Positions 9,173 through 17,574 of a stretch of 64,000 nucleotides of DNA are shown here, in pieces. Source of the DNA: a virus; IMG/VR virus record IMGVR_UViG_3300044770_000015; one strand, 5' to 3'. Each line of letters starts with the position of its first letter. Position 1 is the first letter of the stretch. The position numbers and the translations under genes were made by a program. The notes beneath the pieces were generated by a model. The model was not told the DNA's origin. It saw nothing but the letters and a program-made list of their open reading frames with translations, and made no database searches.

Positions 9173-10891
9173 CTACGCTGCCTTACGGCCGGGTACTACT
9201 TGCTTCGCCGGAACCTGCTCGTTCTCCGCGAACACTGGAGTCGCTGGCGTGAAGTCCAGCTGACCGTTGCCCTGAACTGCGGCTGCGGCATTCGCTGCGA
9301 CGCTTCCGCCACCGGCACCGGAATAGTCGATTGGCTGACCGCCGTTCAGCTTGGTGGCCATCTTCTCGAGCTGTTCCAGGGAGAGGCTCTTCAGCTCGTT
9401 GGCGTCCAGGCCGACCTTGTTCTCCAGGCTCTTGATCAGCGCCGCAGCACGATCGGTGTTGACTTTGATGATGCTCTGGAGTTGCGTCTTGACATTGGGC
9501 TCGGCCATCTCCATCAGCTCTTCCATCGACTTCGCCTTCTTCGGTTCCGCTGACGCTACCGCAGCGACGATCGGTGCTACCCCTGCTGCTGCTACTGCTG
9601 CTACTGCTGGGACTTGTGCGACGGCCGGAACCACAGGCTGCGCCGCAACAGCTGCTACTGCGGGTTGTGCGTTGGCCGCCGGTTGCGCGCCACTCGGGGC
9701 TGCTTCGTTCGGTTTGCTCATGTTCTCTGCTCCTACGTTGGTGGTGGTGGTGGTTTGTTCGACTGTGATGACGAGTGGTACGTACTTCGTTTCGGCCCTC
9801 ACTTCAGTGATGTCGGAGCCGAGCGAAATCGCCCCGCCCTCCGCCACTGAGTAGGTTCTCTGGTACACTTCCCACTTATACGACTGCGGATCCATGTGTG
9901 CGTACACGACCGTATCGGAGAACATCGCGAGGATCATGCACCAGCCGTTGCCGTCGTAGGCTTCGCTGAGTGCCATCTCGACAGCCGACCGTTTGTCGGT
10001 ATCGGAGAGTTCGTTGGTCTGCAACCCACTCTTAGCGAAGAAGCTCTCCAGGGCCTTTCGCGTATTGGCCTGGACTTGTTCAGCGCACTTCGCGCAATTC
10101 TGTTGGGGCTGGGCCGCAGCTGCAGTCATGGATGCCTCGCTTGATTGGTTGGTTCGGGGAGCTCCGCAACCATCGGCGATACTACACGCGCCAACGGAAC
10201 CTATCGGGAGTAGTGCGAGATGATCCGGCACGATATTGCGCCAGATTGACTTGTAGTCCTTGCCTTCGAACTGACCTTCGGTCTTCTCTTCGAGGGCGTA
10301 TAGCCCTGTTGATACTTCGACCGTTTCGCCCTTCTCTAGGGCCTCGAGTTCCTTCTTCGGGGCCTTCGCCTTGTCCAGCCACATATATGTCCGGAGTTTC
10401 TTCTTGCCTTTCATGCCAGAGCCAAACAAGTGGCCGATGACTTGATCTTCCCAGATCCCGGGACTGTTCGCTGAGACTGCCTCGCCATCCTCGTTTGGGT
10501 GACCAAAGACGATTGGACGGCCATCCCAGCTCTGGGGGAAGATTCCGAATTCCTCGGACAACGCAAGTGCAGGATGATCGGCGTTACTCGAGTGGAGGAC
10601 TCCCTCGACTAACATAATTGCGGGCACGACGAGATGGTCTCGACCGTTCCACTTTCTGGTCTCGACCTTCCCGTCCTGACCTACCTGTATTCGGACGTGC
10701 TGATGTGACACTCCGTCTGCTCCGCTGTTCGTGGCCTTCTTCTTCTGGTGTACCTCGCCCCGGTGAGTCTTGCCTCCCATGGTGCAGTATCTGACATACT
10801 CGCCTTCCTTCAGCCTGTGTTCCTTGTTGGGTCCACTGACCGTGCGAACTGCGCCACCTTCCGAAACGCACCTGTCAAATGCGGCGGGCAT
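9173..10891 (-). CDS. prohead protease/scaffold-type fusion protein (DUF2213-like N-domain)
   Basis: 572 aa. N-terminal half has DHLVVPAIMLVEGV...PDHLALLPIGSVGAC. C-terminal half is A/P/V/Q low-complexity plus helical. GAGGAG lies before the ATG. Confidence 0.55.
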   Translation of the reverse strand: MPAAFDRCVSEGGAVRTVSGPNKEHRLKEGEYVRYCTMGGKTHRGEVHQKKKATNSGADGVSHQHVRIQVGQDGKVETRKWNGRDHLVVPAIMLVEGVLHSSNADHPALALSEEFGIFPQSWDGRPIVFGHPNEDGEAVSANSPGIWEDQVIGHLFGSGMKGKKKLRTYMWLDKAKAPKKELEALEKGETVEVSTGLYALEEKTEGQFEGKDYKSIWRNIVPDHLALLPIGSVGACSIADGCGAPRTNQSSEASMTAAAAQPQQNCAKCAEQVQANTRKALESFFAKSGLQTNELSDTDKRSAVEMALSEAYDGNGWCMILAMFSDTVVYAHMDPQSYKWEVYQRTYSVAEGGAISLGSDITEVRAETKYVPLVITVEQTTTTTNVGAENMSKPNEAAPSGAQPAANAQPAVAAVAAQPVVPAVAQVPAVAAVAAAGVAPIVAAVASAEPKKAKSMEELMEMAEPNVKTQLQSIIKVNTDRAAALIKSLENKVGLDANELKSLSLEQLEKMATKLNGGQPIDYSGAGGGSVAANAAAAVQGNGQLDFTPATPVFAENEQVPAKQVVPGRKAA

Positions 10892-10926
10892 CAGTTCTCC
10901 TCACTACCAGGACTTCCCATACCTCC

Positions 10927-10955
10927 ATTATAAATGGTTCTGAGAAAAGTGTCAC
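10927..10955 (-). promoter_or_regulatory. sigma70-type promoter, class II (late/capsid cassette)
   Basis: Minus strand reads GTGACA-17 nt-TATAAT. It shares the 13-mer AACCATTTATAAT with the promoter at 20303-20332. The start codon at 10891 is preceded by GAGGAG. Confidence 0.5.
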
Positions 10956-10969
10956 CGGGAATTTAGTGG

Positions 10970-11332
10970 TCAAATGATGGTCTCGGGATAATCCGGTAAC
11001 GGGATTGTCTGACCTCCTAGAGGATGTGGAGAGTCCCCATGGTATATAATGCTACCGTCCGTGATATTGTAGTGGCATGTTGTTACATCAGGACCTGTTG
11101 GTGTCCATTTGTCTCCCTCCCACTTACCCTTATTCGTGAAGCATCTAACACTTGGACTGAACGTTGGACTCTCGAGATTACCATTAAACTTCCAGGTAGC
11201 TCCTTGAGAGTTGCGACCATTCGTCTGTATGAAGTGGGATCCTTTGCATCCCGGACACCAATGGGTGTAGCCAACTAGCTCGTTGGCTTGATTGACTACC
11301 TCGCGAAGTTTTTGCGCCACAACGGCCCTCAA
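10970..11332 (-). CDS. DUF6527-like protein
   Basis: 120 aa. The pattern HWCPGCKGSH...WKFNGNLESPTFSPSV...CHYNITDGSIIYHGDSPHPLGG matches what I recall of DUF6527. Confidence 0.45.
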   Translation of the reverse strand: MRAVVAQKLREVVNQANELVGYTHWCPGCKGSHFIQTNGRNSQGATWKFNGNLESPTFSPSVRCFTNKGKWEGDKWTPTGPDVTTCHYNITDGSIIYHGDSPHPLGGQTIPLPDYPETII

Positions 11333-11350
11333 ATCAGGCTGCAGGCCTTG

Positions 11351-11647
11351 TTAGCACTCTGCTTGAATACGGAGGTCACCCTTGAGTTCCTTCTTAAGAC
11401 CGGTTGAACAGGTCGCAAGGCAGTGGATACAGTAGAGGACGCCCTCTACACCGCCCTGGAGTTTGATCGAGACAATCGGCCCCGCAACACTAGCGGAGCC
11501 AGCAATTATTGCACCGGGACTCGGGTCAACACCATCGATCACGTCGACTGTGACAACAGCGGATACGATCGTCTCTCCTGCGGAGAGGAGATCAGTGTAG
11601 TCGAAACCGAAGGAGTCTTCTTCCTGCGGGGTCTTAGGATCGAACAT
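11351..11647 (-). CDS. hypothetical small virion-module protein
   Basis: 98-aa ORF whose start abuts the stop of the repeat protein. Confidence 0.55.
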   Translation of the reverse strand: MFDPKTPQEEDSFGFDYTDLLSAGETIVSAVVTVDVIDGVDPSPGAIIAGSASVAGPIVSIKLQGGVEGVLYCIHCLATCSTGLKKELKGDLRIQAEC

Positions 11648-12952
11648 TTAGGGCCTCCTAGCGGTTCGGATCCTATCGGATCCAGTAATCATCCTGTTGG
11701 GATCTCCGTCTACAATTCTTCTCGGCCTATAACCTTGCTTCGTATTTCCCTCGCCAGCCGGTGGTGAAGGCTGCAACTGGAACATATCTGGGTCGTCGTG
11801 TTGCTCCGTGATGGCCAGAACGCCTTTGATTCGACCCTTAGCAGTGATTGTTGAGATGTCATATTGCTCAGTTCTAGCAAGAGAGCCCCTCGTTACGACC
11901 TTACCAGTAATCGCTCTGGTATCAGACTGTTCGGTCTTTGCGACGGTACCGACGTACCGAAGTTTGCCGGCTGCTGCTTGGGTGTCGTTCTGATTCGTCC
12001 GAGCGAGAGTTCCGTGAGCACGGATCTTCGCCGTGATTGATGGCGAATCGTTCTGGTTGGCTTTAGCGAGCGAACCCCTAGACGCGATCTTACCCGAAGC
12101 CGTTGCCGGGTCGTGGGTCTCCGTACGAGACATTGAACCATCGATGTCGACTCGACCGGAAGCTGACAGGGTGTCATGTTGCTCCGTTTTAGCGACTGTA
12201 CCAACGATAACCGAGCCGACCATCCCAGTGAAAGAGGCCGTGTCGTTCTGGTTAGTCCTAGCGAGAGTGCCTTTAGCTGTGAGCTTACCGGATAGAACTC
12301 GGGTATCACCTTGTTCCAGCTTTGCGACAGTACCTCTGATTGCAACCTTACCTGAAGCAGCCTGCGTATCGTTTTGGTTAGTCCGAGCGATCGTACCCTT
12401 GGCAGTGACTTTACCTGAGGCAGCTTGAGTGTCATTCTGGTTAGTTTTGGCGAGCGTTGCGACCCAACGAACCTTACCTTGGGCAGCCTGGGTATCGGCT
12501 GCGTTTGTACGAGCCAAAGAGCCCTTAGCTGTGACCTTACCCGCAATAGCCCGGGTATCACCCTGCTCGGATTTCGAGACAGTACCTTTGACTGTTACTT
12601 TACCTGCTATTGATCTGGTATCTGGTTGCTCGGTCTGCGAGACTGAGCCGTTGACTCCTGGGTTCGTTACAGTCCCCGAGGCAGCCTGGATATCATCCGT
12701 ATTTGTGCGAGTAAGAGTGCCCTTAACAGAGATCTTACCTGCGATAGCACGAGTGTCACTAGTCTCCGTTTTGGCTACGGTGCCTCTGACTGAGACTTTG
12801 CCTGATATCGCTCTGGTATCTGCACCCTCTGTCTTAGCGACAGTGCCCGTGATTCCTGCTGGTGGTGGTTCCAGCCCACCGAGAATCTGCGGCCACAAGT
12901 TGCGCTGGTCGCGCGTGTAGGTCGGGTAGCCTCTCGTGAAGTTTTTGCTCAC
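11648..12952 (-). CDS. fibre-like protein built from 17 tandem 21-residue repeats
   Basis: 434 aa. Residues 36-392 are repeats of GT[VL]A[KR]T[EN]Q.DT[RQ]A[IA].GKV.... The many overlapping ORFs in other frames are repeat artefacts. Confidence 0.8.
   Translation of the reverse strand: MSKNFTRGYPTYTRDQRNLWPQILGGLEPPPAGITGTVAKTEGADTRAISGKVSVRGTVAKTETSDTRAIAGKISVKGTLTRTNTDDIQAASGTVTNPGVNGSVSQTEQPDTRSIAGKVTVKGTVSKSEQGDTRAIAGKVTAKGSLARTNAADTQAAQGKVRWVATLAKTNQNDTQAASGKVTAKGTIARTNQNDTQAASGKVAIRGTVAKLEQGDTRVLSGKLTAKGTLARTNQNDTASFTGMVGSVIVGTVAKTEQHDTLSASGRVDIDGSMSRTETHDPATASGKIASRGSLAKANQNDSPSITAKIRAHGTLARTNQNDTQAAAGKLRYVGTVAKTEQSDTRAITGKVVTRGSLARTEQYDISTITAKGRIKGVLAITEQHDDPDMFQLQPSPPAGEGNTKQGYRPRRIVDGDPNRMITGSDRIRTARRP
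11777..12847 (-). repeat. tandem 63-bp coding repeats (about 17 copies; two are 69/72 bp)
   Basis: Parsed by hand from the translation. Two alternating subtypes: GTVAKTEQxDTRAIxGKV and GTLARTNQNDTQAASGKV. Confidence 0.85.
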
Positions 12953-13611
12953 GACCTGTGGTCTCGGTTGTGTTTCATCGGCGCGAACGGCGGCAGGATC
13001 AACTCACCGGGCGTCTGCGCTTGCAGCGCCCTCACCTCGATAGTGTAGGAAATCCAGCCGCTCGCCGTACCGCCGATGCTGCGTGTCTGTGTGGACCACG
13101 AGGACACCGCGCCATTTGTGTCTTGGCTCGCCATCTCCGCCGTCGCGTTGACCGGGTTTTGCCTGCTTGTCATACCAGTCCACGCCGTGTTCAGATCGGT
13201 ATCCACGCTGCGGTGACCAACAAAGCCAGCTACCCACGATGTTGCGTTCGTGCGGTTGAGAGTGAAGGTCTGCATCGCTACCGAGGTGTTCACCGTGCCC
13301 TGCGCCGTGCCACCGAGCAGAAACGGTGCAATGAATGGTTCGCACCCACGATAGACCTGCACCGCTATGATCGAGGCGTTCGTCCATGTACCAGTTGTCG
13401 TGTCGCCGACCAGCAACCTACGCCAGCCGATTGACACAGAGCAGGTCGAGCCATCGAGCGTGTTGGTGAGGTTTGTCCAGCCTGCGGGCACCGATGGATT
13501 CGTTGTCGAGCCATCGCGGAAGGCAAACACCACCGCGCAATCGCCGCTGTTAAACGATGGCAGTGTCGCGCTCGTTGTACCGGTCGCCGCGCCGACGAAG
13601 GAAATGGCCAT
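12949..13611 (-). CDS. hypothetical protein (GC-rich block, gene 5 of 5)
   Basis: 220-aa ORF rich in T/S/G/N, beta-type sequence. GTGA/ATGA coupling to neighbours. Confidence 0.6.
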   Translation of the reverse strand: MAISFVGAATGTTSATLPSFNSGDCAVVFAFRDGSTTNPSVPAGWTNLTNTLDGSTCSVSIGWRRLLVGDTTTGTWTNASIIAVQVYRGCEPFIAPFLLGGTAQGTVNTSVAMQTFTLNRTNATSWVAGFVGHRSVDTDLNTAWTGMTSRQNPVNATAEMASQDTNGAVSSWSTQTRSIGGTASGWISYTIEVRALQAQTPGELILPPFAPMKHNRDHRS

Positions 13612-13614
13612 GGC

Positions 13615-14322
13615 TTACCAGCGTAACCCAGATTGGGTGACGCGGATCGGCGCTACGCTCGGCTCACCTGCCACAGCCGCCTTGAACGTAGCAATCTTGG
13701 CAACCCAATTGCTGCTGGTAATGGTGCCGTAGTCGGCGCTCTGCGCTCCGGTGGCGGATACCACCTTGTAGTCCGTGGCATATGCCCAAATCGCAGTGCC
13801 ATTCTGATCCACCGTGATATTCGTGTACCCAGCCGTAGGTGGCACGTCAATGCCAACTGGATCGGCAACTACATCGGTTGTCACACACGCCAGCACTAAC
13901 TCATCATCCTGCGTGGTCGGGGGCGTCGTTCCCGTGGTGGGAGTTGTGCTGTTCCCCACATTCGATGCCTCTTGATCAAGCGCCAAAGCGAGCGCCACGC
14001 CAGAGTATTCTCCGAAACTGCCGCTGTAAGCAAAAGGGTCACTACCTCCTTGGTCCAGCGTGACGGTGGTGTTACCCGCCGAGACGTTCATTGCGTAACT
14101 GATGTACTCGACCATGAGAGCCTGAAGGGCAGAAGGAGTCGTCGTGCTCCAGGTGTTACCGTTACCATCAGGCGAATTCACCGGTTGCTGGTGCGTGGCG
14201 TTCTGGATGATGCCTACCTGTATGGCTAGAAAATTCCCGGCCACCACCCCGTTCAGCGTCACATCGACGGTAGTGACGTTGCTACCCAGCTTGAACGCAA
14301 CGGATTGAACTGGCAAGATCAC
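13615..14322 (-). CDS. hypothetical protein (GC-rich block, gene 4 of 5)
   Basis: 235-aa ORF, T/S/G/N-rich with a TTPTTGTTPPTTQ linker. Confidence 0.6.
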   Translation of the reverse strand: MILPVQSVAFKLGSNVTTVDVTLNGVVAGNFLAIQVGIIQNATHQQPVNSPDGNGNTWSTTTPSALQALMVEYISYAMNVSAGNTTVTLDQGGSDPFAYSGSFGEYSGVALALALDQEASNVGNSTTPTTGTTPPTTQDDELVLACVTTDVVADPVGIDVPPTAGYTNITVDQNGTAIWAYATDYKVVSATGAQSADYGTITSSNWVAKIATFKAAVAGEPSVAPIRVTQSGLRW

Positions 14323-14690
14323 GTTAGCGCCTCGATGGTGATCGCACTGGTGAACTCCTGCAACACCTGAAGCGAAAAGTCACCGTGCACCACGTTACGG
14401 TCGCGCAAGCCACCGCTCCCATCCGCCTCCTGCGGAACTTCAAACTCAAAGGGGAAGACCGTCTGCGGTTGACCATCCTTGCCGAGAACGACACCACCCG
14501 CCACCGTGGGAGCAATCCCGGTGCCGTCCGACCAGAGCACGCTGACCTTGAACACGTTGCCCACAGGCCAGTTCACGCGCGTCATGGTGACGCGGATGCG
14601 CTTCACGTTCGCCGGAAAGCTGTCCACCTGCCGCGTGATGGGCGGGCCTACCGGGAACGTGCGCTCGTCGATGGTGACTGAACTAGGCAC
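14319..14690 (-). CDS. hypothetical protein (GC-rich block, gene 3 of 5)
   Basis: 123-aa ORF, translationally coupled to its neighbours. Confidence 0.6.
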   Translation of the reverse strand: MPSSVTIDERTFPVGPPITRQVDSFPANVKRIRVTMTRVNWPVGNVFKVSVLWSDGTGIAPTVAGGVVLGKDGQPQTVFPFEFEVPQEADGSGGLRDRNVVHGDFSLQVLQEFTSAITIEALT

Positions 14691-14693
14691 GGA

Positions 14694-15128
14694 TTATTCG
14701 TCCCAGTCCATCCAGTAGTCGAGGACTTGACCTGCACCAGTCGGAACGATCAGTCCAATACCGTTCCCCGTACCCACCGGGATCAAGATGCCAGAATCAC
14801 CGAACGTCCACACCACACCAGCACCAACAGCCGCCGCGATGGTTGCTTGCCGGAAAATCTGACCTACCGCGCCATCCGCCGTGTGGCCTGCGAAGCCAGT
14901 ACAGGCTGCTGGCTGCGCCGGATCATAGTCAGCCTCGGTAAGTGCCGCACCAACACCTGTGGCGTTCGTGAAGCGCGCCAGCGCGACCGCCAAGGCTGTG
15001 ACGGTAGTGTTCGTGACGCCGACCTCGCGCAGCTTCCCGCCGGTTGCCGCAATGGCGAACAGCGAGAATGCCGCGCGAACACCGGACCACGTAACGCTGG
15101 TGCCACGACCTGCAATTGAGTGACGCAT
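14694..15128 (-). CDS. hypothetical protein (GC-rich block, gene 2 of 5)
   Basis: 144-aa ORF, A/G/T-rich. Confidence 0.6.
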   Translation of the reverse strand: MRHSIAGRGTSVTWSGVRAAFSLFAIAATGGKLREVGVTNTTVTALAVALARFTNATGVGAALTEADYDPAQPAACTGFAGHTADGAVGQIFRQATIAAAVGAGVVWTFGDSGILIPVGTGNGIGLIVPTGAGQVLDYWMDWDE

Positions 15129-15140
15129 ATACCCTCCAGG

Positions 15141-16094
15141 TTACGGGTTGCCTTCGGTGATGACCGCCGAGGTGATCGAGACTTCCTGGCCGACGCTAAT
15201 GGACGTGGAATTCAGGTTCAAGTCCGAGCCCGAAGTACCGACGCTCATATCGACACAGCAGGTACCGGTGGAGTCCACGATTCTGGACCACGTAGCCGTT
15301 CCTGTCGCGTTCGCCGAGGCATCTGCCGTGATGGCCGAGAACGTGAGTGCTTGCGAGGCGACTGAGCCCGATGGATCCGAGCAGGTCATCTCCGCCAAGA
15401 GCGTCGTTGCCGTGCCGCAGGTTGCTGGTCTGGAACCATCGTAGATCCGCCACAGAGCCGGACCCGCACCGCCGTCGATCGCGTTCAGCACTTGCGACAT
15501 CCGGTTGTTTCGGACGGTCGTCGAGTAGGCGAGCGCGAAGATCAGTGGGCTAAGGAGACGGCGGAGGCCCTCGAATAGCGCATCGAGGATCCAGCCACCT
15601 GAGATTAAGCCCACCATTGCGTGGCCACTCTGTGGGTTCACTGCTGGCTCGGGGCGCTTGTAGTTCTCCATCTGAGCCAGAACCCATTGCTGCGCAGCCG
15701 TGTCGGCTTCGTCCCTCGTGTCCGTCACACCGACTTGCTCGGCGGTCTGGAATAAGGCCTTCGGGTGTGCTTCGTAGATGGCCGCACACTGGGCTCTACG
15801 CTCGTCTTGCCACCGCTCCACTTGCGCTTGTCCCTCCGCGTCCATCTTCAGATACTGGACCTGAGAGACAGGGACATCCGGCGGATAGACAGGCATCGGG
15901 ACATCGGGACGTTTCTCCGTACGCTGTCCCTTGTAGTCCCAGCCAACAAGACTGTAGGACGAGATCGTCGCTTGCCAGCGATAGCCTTCGTCGTCGTTAC
16001 CTTCTACGACGATATGCCAGTGCGCTGAGTACTTGTCGCGCGGGTAGTCGGCGACGTTGATGAGTGCGACTTTGCGAGGTTGCTTCGTTGCCAT
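15141..16094 (-). CDS. hypothetical protein (GC-rich block, gene 1 of 5)
   Basis: 317-aa ORF directly after the portal gene. C-terminal domain: RNNRMSQVLNAIDGGAGPALWRIYDGSRP...GTATWSRIVDSTG. Confidence 0.6.
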   Translation of the reverse strand: MATKQPRKVALINVADYPRDKYSAHWHIVVEGNDDEGYRWQATISSYSLVGWDYKGQRTEKRPDVPMPVYPPDVPVSQVQYLKMDAEGQAQVERWQDERRAQCAAIYEAHPKALFQTAEQVGVTDTRDEADTAAQQWVLAQMENYKRPEPAVNPQSGHAMVGLISGGWILDALFEGLRRLLSPLIFALAYSTTVRNNRMSQVLNAIDGGAGPALWRIYDGSRPATCGTATTLLAEMTCSDPSGSVASQALTFSAITADASANATGTATWSRIVDSTGTCCVDMSVGTSGSDLNLNSTSISVGQEVSITSAVITEGNP

Positions 16095-16123
16095 GATGCT
16101 CTCCTTGCTAGTGTAGTTGGTAA

Positions 16124-17563
16124 CTATTGTCCGCCGCGAGTATCTGGTGCCTCGCGAGTTGCCGGGGCTGTTGCTGCTGGTGCTTCTGTTGGACTAGCTC
16201 TCTGCGTACCTGCCCCAGCTCCTGGGTTTGCTGATCCTGTGGGGGCCTTTGGCATTGTGTCTCCACTCTTCACCTTCTCTGGGAGTCCCAAAACGACGCG
16301 GCATTCCTCGTCGGAGACGATCGGATCTCCAAACTGAGCTCTGCGGCTCATATTCACGACTGCCCTGGCTTTCTCTGCAAGGGTTCGCGCATCTTCTAGA
16401 GGAGACATGTGAAAAGCCTCAGGCCAATCAAAAGCCGAGTCGTCGGTTCCGAGTTTGGCCTTCATAGTGGAGTCCTTGGACAGATATTGTCTGTCCTCCA
16501 GGAATTGGAACGTCGGAAGGAGGATGTAGGGCTCTCCGAAGACGCGTCTGCGACGCTCCATGTACTCCGCCCAGTTTGCTCTGTCCTGTTCACTCGCGAG
16601 TTGGCCCGCTTCCGACCCCGTCAGAATTCTCTGCGGAATTGACGTGGTTCCGGCCAGAATTGACACTAAAGTCTCGAAAACTCCGCGTGGATCGGCGACT
16701 TCTCCGCCCAAAGGCGTCACTTTCACACCTCGGGTCCGAATGTAGCGCCTGAGCTCGTGCTGGAACTCATCCAGCTCATCTTCCAGAGCTTCAGCGTCGC
16801 CGGTCTGGAGCTGCATATCTTTGTCCACGTCGATTTGCATTCCTCGGTTGGCTGTCAGCCAGTAGAGCTCGGCACTACCTCCCCCCACCTTCAGGATGTC
16901 CTCCAGGGTATTGTAGATCTGGGCCAACCGGGGTTCGCCGAACATCAGACCTTGTAAGGGACGATCGACGATGTGGATCAGCCTTGAGTAATGGACCATG
17001 GCGGTCCTCTGTTGGTTTTCCGGACCTACCTTGATCTCGTAGTCGACAGGCTGTCCGTACCTGGGATTCTGTGTGTCGTCCTCATACGACTTGACCGTGA
17101 CGTTCTCACCGCCATAGGCCTGGACGTAGAGGATATCGTCCACTGTGCCAATATTGGGGGCCTTTGCCTTGGAGTCACCCTTCATCCCGACCCACAGTAC
17201 TGCAAAGGGGCCAAAACTGAGGAGCTTGTCCACTTGGATGACACGTTGCCAGAACTGAGTCCTGGCAGTGAAATCGTCCCATCTGGCCTTCACACCATGC
17301 GTCGGCTTGAGCTTTGGCGGATGGGCCCACATCTCTTCCGGTGGCATATCGACGATTCTTGAGGCCAGATCCTGCCGTTGATATTTGGCCAGAAGGTGAT
17401 TGACATTAAGCTTCTGCGGATAGCCGAATACGTCGTACAGCTTCCGCTTCCCTTCGAACATTGTTCCGAAGAGCCGGGCAAGACCCATTCTTGCCATCAG
17501 AGCTGAGGCGTTCTGTCTGATCGATGTGACGTTGCTTCCGCTCTTACCCATGTCTTTGGCCAT
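16124..17563 (-). CDS. portal protein
   Basis: Large ORF after TerL. I place the start at ATG 17563 (MAKDMGKSG), preceded by GAGGAA. The track's longer start would overlap TerL. Confidence 0.8.
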   Translation of the reverse strand: MAKDMGKSGSNVTSIRQNASALMARMGLARLFGTMFEGKRKLYDVFGYPQKLNVNHLLAKYQRQDLASRIVDMPPEEMWAHPPKLKPTHGVKARWDDFTARTQFWQRVIQVDKLLSFGPFAVLWVGMKGDSKAKAPNIGTVDDILYVQAYGGENVTVKSYEDDTQNPRYGQPVDYEIKVGPENQQRTAMVHYSRLIHIVDRPLQGLMFGEPRLAQIYNTLEDILKVGGGSAELYWLTANRGMQIDVDKDMQLQTGDAEALEDELDEFQHELRRYIRTRGVKVTPLGGEVADPRGVFETLVSILAGTTSIPQRILTGSEAGQLASEQDRANWAEYMERRRRVFGEPYILLPTFQFLEDRQYLSKDSTMKAKLGTDDSAFDWPEAFHMSPLEDARTLAEKARAVVNMSRRAQFGDPIVSDEECRVVLGLPEKVKSGDTMPKAPTGSANPGAGAGTQRASPTEAPAATAPATREAPDTRGGQ

Positions 17564-17574
17564 AGTTGATTCCT

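Noticed and set aside
11777-12847. The regular 63-bp repeats could be mistaken for a CRISPR array or a non-coding VNTR.
   Set aside because: The repeats are contiguous with no unique spacers, keep one open reading frame throughout, and translate into a coherent 21-residue protein repeat.
11893-12920. Several 130-220-aa ORFs in other frames or strands inside the repeat gene (11893..12561 minus; 12033..12428 and 12429..12920 plus).
   Set aside because: These are artefacts of the repeat periodicity. The same unit lacks stops in several frames, and the translations are low-complexity and overlap the clear repeat protein.
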